Positions 20,067 to 30,024 of a DNA stretch of 64,000 nt are shown here, in pieces. The notes beneath the pieces were generated by a model. The model worked only from the letters and a program-made list of their open reading frames with translations. It was not told the origin of the DNA and made no database searches. Each line of letters opens with the position of its first letter. The stretch's first letter is position 1. This DNA is from Desulfobacterales bacterium (GTDB lineage: Bacteria; Desulfobacterota; Desulfobacteria; Desulfobacterales; UBA5616), in contig JAWODC010000077.1 of assembly GCA_046483495.1 (NCBI GenBank), positions 1-64,000 of the forward strand, written 5' to 3'. Both the position numbers and the translations under genes were made by a program.

Positions 20067-21044
20067 ATGGCCCTCTCTACACACACACAAGACGAAATCC
20101 AGGAGCTCGCCGCCAAATGGATGCCGGCGGGATGGGACGGCCGTGGCCTGCGTGTCCACACCGATACGACCGATTTTTTTGCCATCGATTATGGTGATGT
20201 CGTGCTGCTGGGGGGTCGGCCCTACCTCGTTCGGAACAATGCCAGGGAGGGCCGATTCGGCCTTGATGACGACGTCAAGTACTGGGTAAAGCGGTCCATC
20301 GATCTCGATCGCGGTGAAATGTGCATCATCAAACTGGTATTTTACGAAAAATTCAAGACCTCCGTCGGTGGGATCGAATTCGAATGTTTCCGCAGCCCAC
20401 GCAAGGAGGCGCGCATCCTTCAAATGGTTCGAAACCATCCCAATTTTATGCACGGGGAATCCGTCGTCGACGAAAAAGGAAATACGATTCGGATCCTGGA
20501 TTACATTAAAGGCAAGTCTTTATCGGGGCACATCGCCGATCTTGACCAGGACCATGAATCCTATTTTTACGACATATTTCCGGATATTTTTCACAATTTC
20601 ATCGAATGCGTGGACGCCATTCGGCATCTCCACGAAAATGGAGAAAAGCACGGTGACATCAGAAGGGACCACATCCTGCTCGACCGGGAAACCGGAAAGT
20701 ATCGATGGATCGATTTCGACTACAATTTCCGCCACCGTGAAAACATATATGGATATGACCTTTTCGGGCTTGGAAATATCCTTGTATATATCGTCGGGAA
20801 AGGCGATATGCTCTTGTATCATCTCAAACGGCAACATCCCGACGCATTCTCCGGGCTCAGGGAAACGGATGTGAATATCGTTTTCCACAACCGGGTGGCC
20901 AATCTGAAAAAAATATATTCGTATATTCCCGATTCATTAAATCGGGTGCTTCTGCACTTTTCAACGGGTGCAAACTGGTTTTATGAGCACACAGAGCAGC
21001 TGCTGCAGGACCTTCAGCAGGCCGCGGGGGATATCCATAAATAA
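20067..21044 (+). CDS. Atypical protein-kinase-fold protein
   Basis: IIKLVF Lys, RKEARIL Glu, HGDIRRDHIL catalytic loop, WIDFD. Confidence 0.8.
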   Translation: MALSTHTQDEIQELAAKWMPAGWDGRGLRVHTDTTDFFAIDYGDVVLLGGRPYLVRNNAREGRFGLDDDVKYWVKRSIDLDRGEMCIIKLVFYEKFKTSVGGIEFECFRSPRKEARILQMVRNHPNFMHGESVVDEKGNTIRILDYIKGKSLSGHIADLDQDHESYFYDIFPDIFHNFIECVDAIRHLHENGEKHGDIRRDHILLDRETGKYRWIDFDYNFRHRENIYGYDLFGLGNILVYIVGKGDMLLYHLKRQHPDAFSGLRETDVNIVFHNRVANLKKIYSYIPDSLNRVLLHFSTGANWFYEHTEQLLQDLQQAAGDIHK

Positions 21045-21058
21045 TACGGGGGATACTC

Positions 21059-21532
21059 ATGGAGAAAGACAGAGAAATCCGGTGGAACAAGAACTTTTTG
21101 GTTGCTGTGGACGATTCGGATAATTCACGCAGGGCGGTGCAATACGTAGGATATCTTCTCGGCCGCATGCCCGAAGTCCATGTTACGCTGCTGCATGTGA
21201 TTCCGGAGCCGGACGAAGATTATTTTCCCGAAGCAGAGCAGCGGCAGCAGTGGCTTGCCACCTACAGAAAAAAAATGGAAGCCGTACTGGATGATTATCG
21301 CCGGCTGCTGCTGGATGAAGGATTCCCGGAAAAGGCCGTTGAGATGCGCCTCCCGCTTCGCTGGTGTCCGTCAATGGCTGAATGCATCCTTTCGGAAAGG
21401 GACGAACGCCGATACGGCACGATCGTTGTCGGCAGACAGGGGCTTTCCCGGAAAGAGCAGTTTTTATTCGGCAGCATCAGCAGTAAAATCGTGAACCACG
21501 CCCGCTACTGCACGGTGTGGGTGGTTGAATGA
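21059..21532 (+). CDS. Universal stress protein
   Basis: LVAVDDSDNSRRAV...TIVVGRQGLS...FGSISSKIV...TVWVVE. Confidence 0.92.
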   Translation: MEKDREIRWNKNFLVAVDDSDNSRRAVQYVGYLLGRMPEVHVTLLHVIPEPDEDYFPEAEQRQQWLATYRKKMEAVLDDYRRLLLDEGFPEKAVEMRLPLRWCPSMAECILSERDERRYGTIVVGRQGLSRKEQFLFGSISSKIVNHARYCTVWVVE

Positions 21533-21542
21533 GAAGCGGATT

Positions 21543-21908
21543 TTACGATATGATTTTCAGCCGGTGGGATTTTCTGCGCCAGTCATCGAATTCACTGAGA
21601 TGGGCCAGCAGGTCACGGCATTCCATCCTCAAAAAGGGAACTTGCCGGACGGTTGACGGCCGAATACGCCTGTTGAAATAAAAAAATATACTTCCCTTGT
21701 TGTCGGGGTCCATGGCTTCGAGCAGGTGGGACAGCTTTTGAGCGGTTGAAAAGTAGTCGTTGATATCCAACGGCTGGGTGATTATCCTGTGAGCAAGTGA
21801 TTTGATCTGGCTGTAAACCTCCGGATGCCTTCTGACGGCTGACTGCGTTGCAGACAAGGCATTTTTCCAGCGGCTTTCCAAATCGCTAAGCGTCGGATTG
21901 TCGTTCAT
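21543..21908 (-). CDS. Hypothetical protein
   Basis: 121 aa ORF filling the gap downstream of the Fe-S gene. Confidence 0.65.
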   Translation of the reverse strand: MNDNPTLSDLESRWKNALSATQSAVRRHPEVYSQIKSLAHRIITQPLDINDYFSTAQKLSHLLEAMDPDNKGSIFFYFNRRIRPSTVRQVPFLRMECRDLLAHLSEFDDWRRKSHRLKIIS

Positions 21909-21966
21909 GATCTAAAAAACCGTTAGGATTGCCGAAAACACTTTTGCCCATTTGCCGCGCCGGCTG

Positions 21967-22012
21967 GTGCTCATCCGGAAATGGAGTGAATCAGCCGTTT
22001 CCGGATGGGCAC
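21967..22012. repeat. Family B short palindromic repeat
   Basis: gtgctcatccggaaa...tttccggatgggcac. Confidence 0.8.
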
Positions 22013-22033
22013 CAAAGAGCAGCGATCAGCCGT

Positions 22034-23353
22034 TTACATGGCTGATTCCGGGTGAAAAACGTTAACCTCTTTGAGATCATCACCCAGGTACTCCCGTTCA
22101 TTCGGTCCGAGAATTCCCAGGGAGAGACAGATCAAAGTCCACATATGCACTACCGGATATCCACCGCCGAAATGTTCGCTCAATTCATGAATCTGAGCAT
22201 GGCAATTATGGCAGCCGGCGATGACGTAATCGGCTCCGGTGGCCTTGATTTGGTCATCTTTGAGCTTGCCGAAAGCCAAACGCTGTTCCTTGAAACCGGA
22301 TTGGAGAAAGCCGCCGCCGCCGCCGCAGCAGAAATTGTTGGAGCGGTTGGGCGTCATATCGATAAAGTTCTCCTCACCCACCACGGCCTTGACAACATAC
22401 CTGAGGTCATCGGCAATGGCGTCACCATAGCTCTTTCTCACGATCTGGCATGGATCCTGAACGGTGAATTTGATCTTCAAGTCCTTGTTCCAATCCGAAT
22501 TGACCTTGAGCTTGCCTTCACGTATCCACTTGGCGTAATATTCGTAGATGTTTTTTACTTCAAAATTGTGCTTGATGTTGAACTTTTTCAGTCCGGCCCG
22601 GACTGAGAAGGTGACGTGCCCTCACTCGGTATTGAGAAATATTTTACATCCCAGCTTGTCGGCCTGTTCCGCGGTCGTTCGGGTGATGTGCTCCCACGCC
22701 TCGTTGTCCGCGAGAAACATGCAGTAGTTTTCACCGCCCCACCCACGGCTGCCGTAGGTCCAGTCCGCCCCTGCCAAATGCAGAATTTTCCACAGGGGAA
22801 CCATTTCGTCCGGCTCGGTAACCGGTTCCCTGGAATTCTGGTTTAAAAAGAACTCGGCTCCCTCTTTGTCGATGGGGGCCTCCATATCGGCGAATTCCGG
22901 CTGGGCTTCACGGTATTCTTCGAGGACGTCCTCCACGACGAACTGGAAATCTTCCGGAGTGGCCCCCATGGCACTGGTGCTGTCATTCCTGAGGGCCATA
23001 TCGCATGATCCCAAAATCCCTTTCGGGCGTTCGTCTCTCGGACGAAGGTTCCTGGCGTTGTAGACCAGCTGGGGAATATCGATTTTCATGGGACAGACGT
23101 AAATACAGCGCTGGCACATGGTGCACATCCACGGCCAATCCGATTTGTGTATTTCATCGTCCATTCCCAAGGCGGCCATTCGCAGAAATTTTCGGGGATC
23201 CATGCCGTCCAGGCCTGTCGCCGGACATCCCGAAGAGCAGGCACCGCAGGTAAGACAAAGGTTCAGATTGCCGCCTTCCGGCAGCAATTCTTTCACTTTG
23301 TCGATAAATTGAGATTTTTTCTTGCCTCCAAGTTTAACCACTTGATCCGTCAT
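22034..23353 (-). CDS. HdrC/HdrD-like Fe-S CCG-domain oxidoreductase, predicted selenoprotein (439 aa, Sec codon at 22624-22622)
   Basis: Two 4Fe-4S motifs; NTE-TGA-GH sits at an ECGH Cys position; the frame continues to QDPCQ, CCGGGGG and GCHNC; downstream hairpin. Confidence 0.9.
22588..22606 (-). promoter_or_regulatory. Candidate bacterial SECIS element
   Basis: Sense TCAGTCC-GGGCC-GGACTGA: perfect stem starting 15 nt after the UGA, with G at the start of the loop. Confidence 0.8.
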
Positions 23354-23715
23354 TTAGCGCTCCTTTAATCGAATTTTCAATTTGGATATCCCGATGCGGT
23401 AATCCGCAATAGGTTTTTCAAAACAGGATGGATGCCGGAAAAACCAATCGGAAATACATATTTTTAACCTTTTATAAAAAGGGCTTAGCTTTCTGCACGA
23501 TCTAAATCTGTTGACACATGCACCTCTTTTGGCGACTTTCAGGATGCATCCACGCCGCTGAGGGTGGCCGCCAATCGTTCAGCAACCCGAAAAGACCGCT
23601 TCCCAGAGTGATGTTTCCTCTTATAACACCTGGAAATTAGAAGTCAAGATTTCCTGTCAATTTGAAAGCCTGCGCTTGAAATTATCAGCGCTTCGCGGTC
23701 GGTGTCCGGCGGGTT

Positions 23716-24441
23716 CTATCCGTCCTGCAGATGGTTTTTAGCGTATACCTGTTCGAAATATTTTTTATGTTCCTCTTTTATCACTTTTCGATAGAAATGG
23801 TACAGAAAAAGACTCATGACCTCGGCGGACTTGTTGCCGATTTCATGAAGCTCCTCCTTTGACATATACGCATCCCAATGGGGTATGAATTTATTGACGT
23901 TTTTTTTGACCATATCCCGGAAAAGATCCGTATAGTGTTTAAGATTTTCCGGGCTGATGCCGTCCCGCGGGCCCATGCCGATCTGGTCCATCTCGACCAG
24001 CAGTTTGCCGATGATGACGTTTTCCCGTGAATACGATTTCTGTTCCCCGATCCTATCGAACGTAATGATTTCCCAGTCTTCAAATATTTTCAACCATTTC
24101 GTGCTCATTCCGGTGGCTTTGCGAAAGGCTGCCTCGCCGATCAGGCTCCCGGAGAGCAAGTGGTCAAGCGGGCGAAAATATTCGCTTAAAAAACGGAAAG
24201 AATGCTGTTCCGACAGGGATTCCTTTCGCATTTTCCGCAGAAGCTTTTTAATCACGGGGATCGGCAGAAAATAGTTTTCCCGAAGAGCCTTGATCAACTG
24301 AATTTGTTCGATGTATCCTTCGTGATAATCAGCTACGTTTTTTCCCGTCTTCCTGGGCTTGCGCAGCACCCCTTCCCGTATATAGTAGTGGATCGTCTCC
24401 CGTGAAACGCCGGTTTTTTTTACGAGCTCGCCGATTTTCAT
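23716..24441 (-). CDS. MerR family transcriptional regulator
   Basis: MKIGELVKKTGVSRETIHYYIREGVL; divergent from the thiolase operon. Confidence 0.9.
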   Translation of the reverse strand: MKIGELVKKTGVSRETIHYYIREGVLRKPRKTGKNVADYHEGYIEQIQLIKALRENYFLPIPVIKKLLRKMRKESLSEQHSFRFLSEYFRPLDHLLSGSLIGEAAFRKATGMSTKWLKIFEDWEIITFDRIGEQKSYSRENVIIGKLLVEMDQIGMGPRDGISPENLKHYTDLFRDMVKKNVNKFIPHWDAYMSKEELHEIGNKSAEVMSLFLYHFYRKVIKEEHKKYFEQVYAKNHLQDG

Positions 24442-24909
24442 CCCTGTTTCCTGTGCCTGTGCCGATGGGCTGCGGTTTTCGATATAACGCCGAAAACCAT
24501 ATGCCACCCGCAAAATTGTGTCAAGAATGAAAATCCGTTTCAAAGTATATAGTATATTATTCGAATTGCCTGATACAGAGAATCGGCACATGCGGCGGCA
24601 AGCCGATCCGGGTGTTCATAAGCGCTTTTTCTTTGAGTGGTCGGCATAGAAAACGGTGAAATGGCTCCGCATGTTTTTACTTGACAAGGCTGCGCCCATA
24701 CCTTAGTTAAAAAATAAATAGTATGGAATGAACTACATAAAATATAGGCTCTAAATCCATGGAAAAAATAATGGATCGGCCGCCGGTCTGCAGAATGGTT
24801 AAGGGGCCGAAACCGGCCGGTGGTGGATGGGCTTTTTTCAGCCGGGTCAAGGCCCGGAATTCATCCTGATAACCATCCGGCGGCACATCACAAACGAAAG
24901 GAGTATCAG

Positions 24910-26097
24910 ATGGCGGGGATAAAAGAATGTGTATTTATCGACGGCGTTAGGACACCGAATGCCAGAGCCCACAATGAAAAAGGCTGGTTCAGGGATATCC
25001 GGCCGGATGAACTGTTGACGGTCGTCTACAATGGGCTGTTCGAACGGAACAAAAAGGTCACCCCCGATGCGCTCGATGCGGTTCTCGTGGGTTCTGCAAA
25101 TTTGTCCGGCATGCAAAACGATATTGGAAGAATGGCGTGGCTTGCATCCGGCTTCCCGGAATCCGTTCCCAGCCAATCGATTTCCAACCAATGCCCGTCA
25201 GGTATGACGGCCGCCATGAATGCGGCGCGGGCGATTATGTGCGGTGAGGCGGACATCATGATCGCCGCCGGTGTGGAAGATATGGAAAAGATTCCCATGG
25301 CGGCCAACATGGATTTCCCGCCGCGTCTGCTTAACCGCTATGACATGAACGACCTTCCGATGGGAAGTACGGCTGAGAAGGTGGCGGAGCAGTTCGATAT
25401 TTCAATCGATGATATGAACAATTTTGCAATTCATTCGAACAGGAACGCCGCAGCCGCTCGAGAGGCGGGCAAATGGAAAAAAGAAATTATTCCTGTAAAA
25501 GGCAAAGAGGTTGACGGGACGGAAATGCTTGTGGACCGGGACCAGTGGGTCCGGGAAAAGATGGATAAAGAAAAGATGAAGCTGATGGTCAGCCCGTTCA
25601 AACCCGGTGGACGGGTGACCGCGGCCACATCATCTCCCCTGACGACCGGAGCCGCCGCCCTGTTGATGATGAGCCGTGAAAAAGCCGATGAACTCGGACT
25701 TTCCTATACCTATAAATACAGTTACGGCGTTCAGGTGGGAAATGATCCCACAGTAATGGGTTTGGGCCCCATTTATGCGGTGAAACGGCTCTTCGAGAAG
25801 ACCGGACTGACACCGGATGATATCGGGCCTATCGAACTCAATGAAGCCTTTGCCGGCCAATCATTGGCCTGCATTCGCGAATTGGGGATCGACAATCCGG
25901 ATGCACCCTTTAAACGGGTCAATGTATGGGGCGGCGCACTGGCGTTGGGTCATCCTTTAGGCGAATCGGGTGCACGCCTGATTGTGACCCTGCTGAATAT
26001 TCTCAAAACCGATTTTCCGGAGGAAAAATACGGCCTGGCCACGCTTTGCGGCGGTTTCGGCAATGCCAATGCCGTATTGATCGAGAAAATAAAGTGA
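24910..26097 (+). CDS. Acetyl-CoA C-acyltransferase (thiolase)
   Basis: NQCPSG, ELNEAFA, GGALALGHPLG, TLCGGFG; AAGGAG RBS. Confidence 0.95.
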   Translation: MAGIKECVFIDGVRTPNARAHNEKGWFRDIRPDELLTVVYNGLFERNKKVTPDALDAVLVGSANLSGMQNDIGRMAWLASGFPESVPSQSISNQCPSGMTAAMNAARAIMCGEADIMIAAGVEDMEKIPMAANMDFPPRLLNRYDMNDLPMGSTAEKVAEQFDISIDDMNNFAIHSNRNAAAAREAGKWKKEIIPVKGKEVDGTEMLVDRDQWVREKMDKEKMKLMVSPFKPGGRVTAATSSPLTTGAAALLMMSREKADELGLSYTYKYSYGVQVGNDPTVMGLGPIYAVKRLFEKTGLTPDDIGPIELNEAFAGQSLACIRELGIDNPDAPFKRVNVWGGALALGHPLGESGARLIVTLLNILKTDFPEEKYGLATLCGGFGNANAVLIEKIK

Positions 26098-26147
26098 AGT
26101 CGCCGATGTTATGATTTCAATGGAATGAAAAGGAGATAGATAAGAAA

Positions 26148-27965
26148 ATGGCACAAGTATTGGCGGATAGACGCGATATCGATTTTGTTATCTGGGAGCA
26201 GATGAAAGGGGAGGAATTTTTAAACAACGGTCATTATGAAGAGTTTAACCGTAAGGTATGCGACATGATGATCACCGAGGCCCGAAAGATTGCCATCAAT
26301 GAGGTGTACCCGACCATGAAGGACGGAGACCAATTCGGGGTGCGGCTCGAAAACGGAAACGTGTACGTGCCGGAATCCTATCATCGTCCATACGAAATTT
26401 TAAAAGAAGGGGAATGGGGGAACCTGACGGTGCCTGAAGTGATGGGCGGTCAGGGGGCGCCGGCTTTTATCGGAGATGCCGTTTCCGAATACTTTATGGC
26501 GGCCAACTGGTCCCTGTATGGGTATCTTACCATGGGCAACGGTACGGCGCACATGATTCAGCTCTACGGCACCCCGGAGCAGAAAGCGACGTATGTCGAG
26601 AACCTGACCTCGGGGAAATGGGGCGGAACCATGTTGTTGACGGAATCCAATGCCGGCAGTGATGTCGGTGCACTGGAGACCACGGCGGTGCCCAACGGAG
26701 ACGGAACGTATTCTCTGACGGGAAATAAAATATTTATCACGAACGGTGAACACGACCTGGTCGAAAACATTATTCATCCGGTTCTGGCGCGCATCGAAGG
26801 AGCCCCTCACGGAACCAAGGGCATCTCCATCTTTATCGTACCCAAGTATCTGGTGAATGAGGACGGCTCGTTAGGGGATCAAAACGACATCGCCTGCACC
26901 GGTGTCGAAGAGAAAATGGGGATACACGGCAGTGCCACATGCAGTATGGCCATAGGTTCCAAGGGCAAATGCGTCGGATACCTTCTCGGGGAGGAGAATA
27001 AGGGCATGAAAATCATGTTCCACATGATGAACGGCGCCAGAATGCATACGGGACTTCAGGGTCTGGCCTATGCATCGGCGGCATACATGCTGGCGGTCAA
27101 TTATGCCCGTGAACGAATCCAGGGCAGGGATTTGGAAAATTTTTCCAACCATGCCGCTCCCTCGGTACCGATCATCCATCACCCGGATGTCCGCCGGAAT
27201 CTGCTGAAAATGAAATCCTATGTTGACGGTATGCGGAGTTTTTATTATTACGCATCTACAATCGCCATGAAGCTTGCCCACGCCGAAACGGATGAGGAAA
27301 GAGCATTTTATGACGATCTGTACAGCCTTTTCACCCCTATTATAAAGGAATACCTGGCGGTCAAGGGTCACGACGTTTGCATTCAGGCCATCCAGGTCTA
27401 CGGGGGGGCCGGATACACACAGGATTACCCTGTGGAGCAATATGCCAGGGACTGCAAGATCGCATCCATTTACGAGGGAACCAGTGGGATTCAGGCTATG
27501 GATCTGCTGGCGCGAAAACTGGGCAGGCAAAACGGACGGATTTTTCAGTATTTCATCGACGAGGTGAACAATACGATCGAAGCGGCCCGAGGCTATGACG
27601 CACTGTCACTTTCGGCCGACCGGCTGGACGAGGCGGTCCGGCGCCTGACTGAGGCCGTCAGTGCGATAAGTGCGGCCGCAATGTCGGAGCGGTTTAAGGC
27701 GGCGTTTTCCCATTCATTGCCCCTTCTGGACACCATGGGTGACACCATCGTTGGATGGATGCTCTTGTGGCGGGCGGTAATCGCGGCGGAAAAGCTTGCC
27801 GGAAAACCCAAAAAGAAAGACGCGATGTTTTACGAGGGGCAGATCAAAACCGCCGAATTCTATATTCGAACGCTTTTGCCGGCCTCTATGGGCATCATGG
27901 ATGGGATCATCGACGGCAGCGGGGCTGCCGTGGAAATGCCGGCTGAAGCGTTCGGCGGAATGTAA
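26148..27965 (+). CDS. Acyl-CoA dehydrogenase (long, ~600 aa type)
   Basis: GTMLLTESNAGSDVG, KIFITNGEHD, KMGIHGSATC, IQVYGGAGY, IYEGTSGIQA. Confidence 0.95.
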   Translation: MAQVLADRRDIDFVIWEQMKGEEFLNNGHYEEFNRKVCDMMITEARKIAINEVYPTMKDGDQFGVRLENGNVYVPESYHRPYEILKEGEWGNLTVPEVMGGQGAPAFIGDAVSEYFMAANWSLYGYLTMGNGTAHMIQLYGTPEQKATYVENLTSGKWGGTMLLTESNAGSDVGALETTAVPNGDGTYSLTGNKIFITNGEHDLVENIIHPVLARIEGAPHGTKGISIFIVPKYLVNEDGSLGDQNDIACTGVEEKMGIHGSATCSMAIGSKGKCVGYLLGEENKGMKIMFHMMNGARMHTGLQGLAYASAAYMLAVNYARERIQGRDLENFSNHAAPSVPIIHHPDVRRNLLKMKSYVDGMRSFYYYASTIAMKLAHAETDEERAFYDDLYSLFTPIIKEYLAVKGHDVCIQAIQVYGGAGYTQDYPVEQYARDCKIASIYEGTSGIQAMDLLARKLGRQNGRIFQYFIDEVNNTIEAARGYDALSLSADRLDEAVRRLTEAVSAISAAAMSERFKAAFSHSLPLLDTMGDTIVGWMLLWRAVIAAEKLAGKPKKKDAMFYEGQIKTAEFYIRTLLPASMGIMDGIIDGSGAAVEMPAEAFGGM

Positions 27966-27969
27966 AAAC

Positions 27970-28003
27970 GTCCATCCGGAAGTGAGACCGTTTCCGGATG
28001 GAC
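27970..28003. repeat. Family B short palindromic repeat
   Basis: gtccatccggaa...ttccggatggac immediately after the stop codon. Confidence 0.8.
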
Positions 28004-28179
28004 ATAAGTACAATCTTCCGACCTCCGGCCGCATGTCAAAGCAACGCGTTGGTATGCCCGCAGGTAGACGTGCGGCCCGTTTCTACCTCGATCGAATACC
28101 ATTCGGTTGAAAAAGCGTCAATTCAACTGAAATCACATGCTCCTCACTTTCCCCGTACTCAACCAAAGGAGAATGTCAA

Positions 28180-29847
28180 ATGGAGGAAAAACGTCCCTGG
28201 ACCCGGCACTATGACTACAATGTGCCTTTGGCAATCCGCTACCCGCACTGGACGACCCCGGACCTGTTCCAGCTTCCGGCCAACCAGAATCCGGACCATA
28301 CGGCCCTTAATTTCTTCGGGACCGAGATGACATTCTGGCATTTACGGTCACGCATTCTTGCCATGGCCAATGCACTCGCCCGGCTCGGGATAAAAAAGGG
28401 AGAGCGGGTCGGCATTCATTTGCCGACCAGCCCCCAATACATCATTTCTTTTTTTGCCGTGACAGCTCTCGGGGCCGTTGTCGTAAACCTCAATCCCATG
28501 TACACCAATCAGGAGCTCAAGAACCTGGCTTCGGAGACCGGCATGACCACGATCATCACGTTCGATCGGGTTCTTCCCACCATTCGGGACCTGGTCCGGG
28601 AAGTGCCGTTTGACCGCGTGGTCGTAACGGCTGTAACCGATTTTGTAGAGGGCATGCCGCTGTCCACCGCTCGCAGCCTCGAGCTTGCAAAGGGATGGCA
28701 CCACTTTTCAGCACTGCTTGAGGAATGTCCCGATACCAAGCGGCCCCGCGTGGAAATTTCCCCGCAAGATCCCGCAGTCCTTCAGTTTACCGGCGGGACA
28801 ACAGGTATACCCAAAGGAGCCGTCCTGACCCATTCCAATATCATTGCCGGAACGTTTCAGTGCGCCCTCTGGGGAAATGCCACCATGGGAAACATCCCAA
28901 TCGAACGGCGGTCGGTACTGGGTGTTCTGCCGTTTTTCCACGTGTATGGATTGATCGTCGTGATGTGCTGGGCTCTTTTCAATTCGGCTACCCAGATTTT
29001 GGTGCCCCGGTTCGAACTTGAAGAAATGATGGATCTGCTCGGCAGGTTCGAGGAGATTTCCTTTTTCCCCACCGTTCCCACCATGATCAATGCCATTGTC
29101 AATCACCCGCGCGCCGAAGAACTGGAGCTCGGCAAACGGCTGGGGGTCTTGAACTCGGGGGCCGCGCCCATATCCGTGGAACTGATCGAACATATCAAGG
29201 ACATGGGCATCTTTTTTGCCGAAGGATGGGGAATGTCCGAAACCACTTCCCTGGGCATATCCAGTCCTCAACTGGGCCTCAAGAAACCCGGCAGCATCGG
29301 CATTCCATTCCCCGACACCGACGTGCGGCTGGTGGATGTCGAAAACGGAATACATGATGTGAAAAAAGGGGATCCCGGTGAGATTTTGATTCGAAGCCCC
29401 CTCGTGATGGCGGGATACTGGAACAATCCCGAAGCAACGGCCAGGGAGCTGGAAAACGGCTGGCTGCATACCGGTGATATCGCCGTTCAGGATGAAGACG
29501 ACTATTTCTTCATCGTAGACCGGAAAAAGGACCTCATTATCGCCGGCGGGTTCAACGTGTACCCACGGGAAGTGGATGAGGTGTTGTACCAGCACCCGAA
29601 AATCGCCGATGCGGTGACCATCGGCATACCCGATGAATACCGCGGTGAAACCATCAAATCCTTTGTTGTGCTCAAACCCGGGGAAACCGCCGATTCCGAA
29701 GAGATCATCGGGTTCAGCCGTGAAAAGCTTGCCGCCTACAAGGCCCCGAAGTTTATCGAATTCCGAGAGTCCCTTCCAAAATCCGCAGTGGGCAAAATTT
29801 TAAGAAAGGTGCTTCGTGCCGAGGAGGAAAAAAAGGAAAAATCGTAG
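28180..29847 (+). CDS. Long-chain fatty acid-CoA ligase
   Basis: QFTGGTTGIPKG, EGWGMSET, WLHTGD, PKSAVGKILR. Confidence 0.95.
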   Translation: MEEKRPWTRHYDYNVPLAIRYPHWTTPDLFQLPANQNPDHTALNFFGTEMTFWHLRSRILAMANALARLGIKKGERVGIHLPTSPQYIISFFAVTALGAVVVNLNPMYTNQELKNLASETGMTTIITFDRVLPTIRDLVREVPFDRVVVTAVTDFVEGMPLSTARSLELAKGWHHFSALLEECPDTKRPRVEISPQDPAVLQFTGGTTGIPKGAVLTHSNIIAGTFQCALWGNATMGNIPIERRSVLGVLPFFHVYGLIVVMCWALFNSATQILVPRFELEEMMDLLGRFEEISFFPTVPTMINAIVNHPRAEELELGKRLGVLNSGAAPISVELIEHIKDMGIFFAEGWGMSETTSLGISSPQLGLKKPGSIGIPFPDTDVRLVDVENGIHDVKKGDPGEILIRSPLVMAGYWNNPEATARELENGWLHTGDIAVQDEDDYFFIVDRKKDLIIAGGFNVYPREVDEVLYQHPKIADAVTIGIPDEYRGETIKSFVVLKPGETADSEEIIGFSREKLAAYKAPKFIEFRESLPKSAVGKILRKVLRAEEEKKEKS

Positions 29848-30024
29848 TCCGTGTTCAACCGAAATATTGGAGGGCGGAGCGGGTTTAGGCCATTCGCCGA
29901 ACGGAGAAGCGAGACGGATGGGACGGGCGCGAAGAGCGGGACGGGATAGGGGCTGGATTCGGATTTTCCAGCCAGGCGCTGCGGCTGAGACGGTCTTTTC
30001 GGATGCCGGGCGTAAGCGGCATCA

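Noticed and set aside
22034..23353. Reading the split Fe-S gene as a pseudogene or as two genes
   Set aside because: A single in-frame TGA at a Cys position with an adjacent hairpin fits selenocysteine better
24681..24709. Promoter for the thiolase operon
   Set aside because: Perfect TTGACA but no convincing -10 at a suitable spacing; left uncalled
29860..30020. G-rich intergenic stretch as a tRNA or ncRNA
   Set aside because: No cloverleaf or T-loop motif; only scattered GGG runs and a short hairpin
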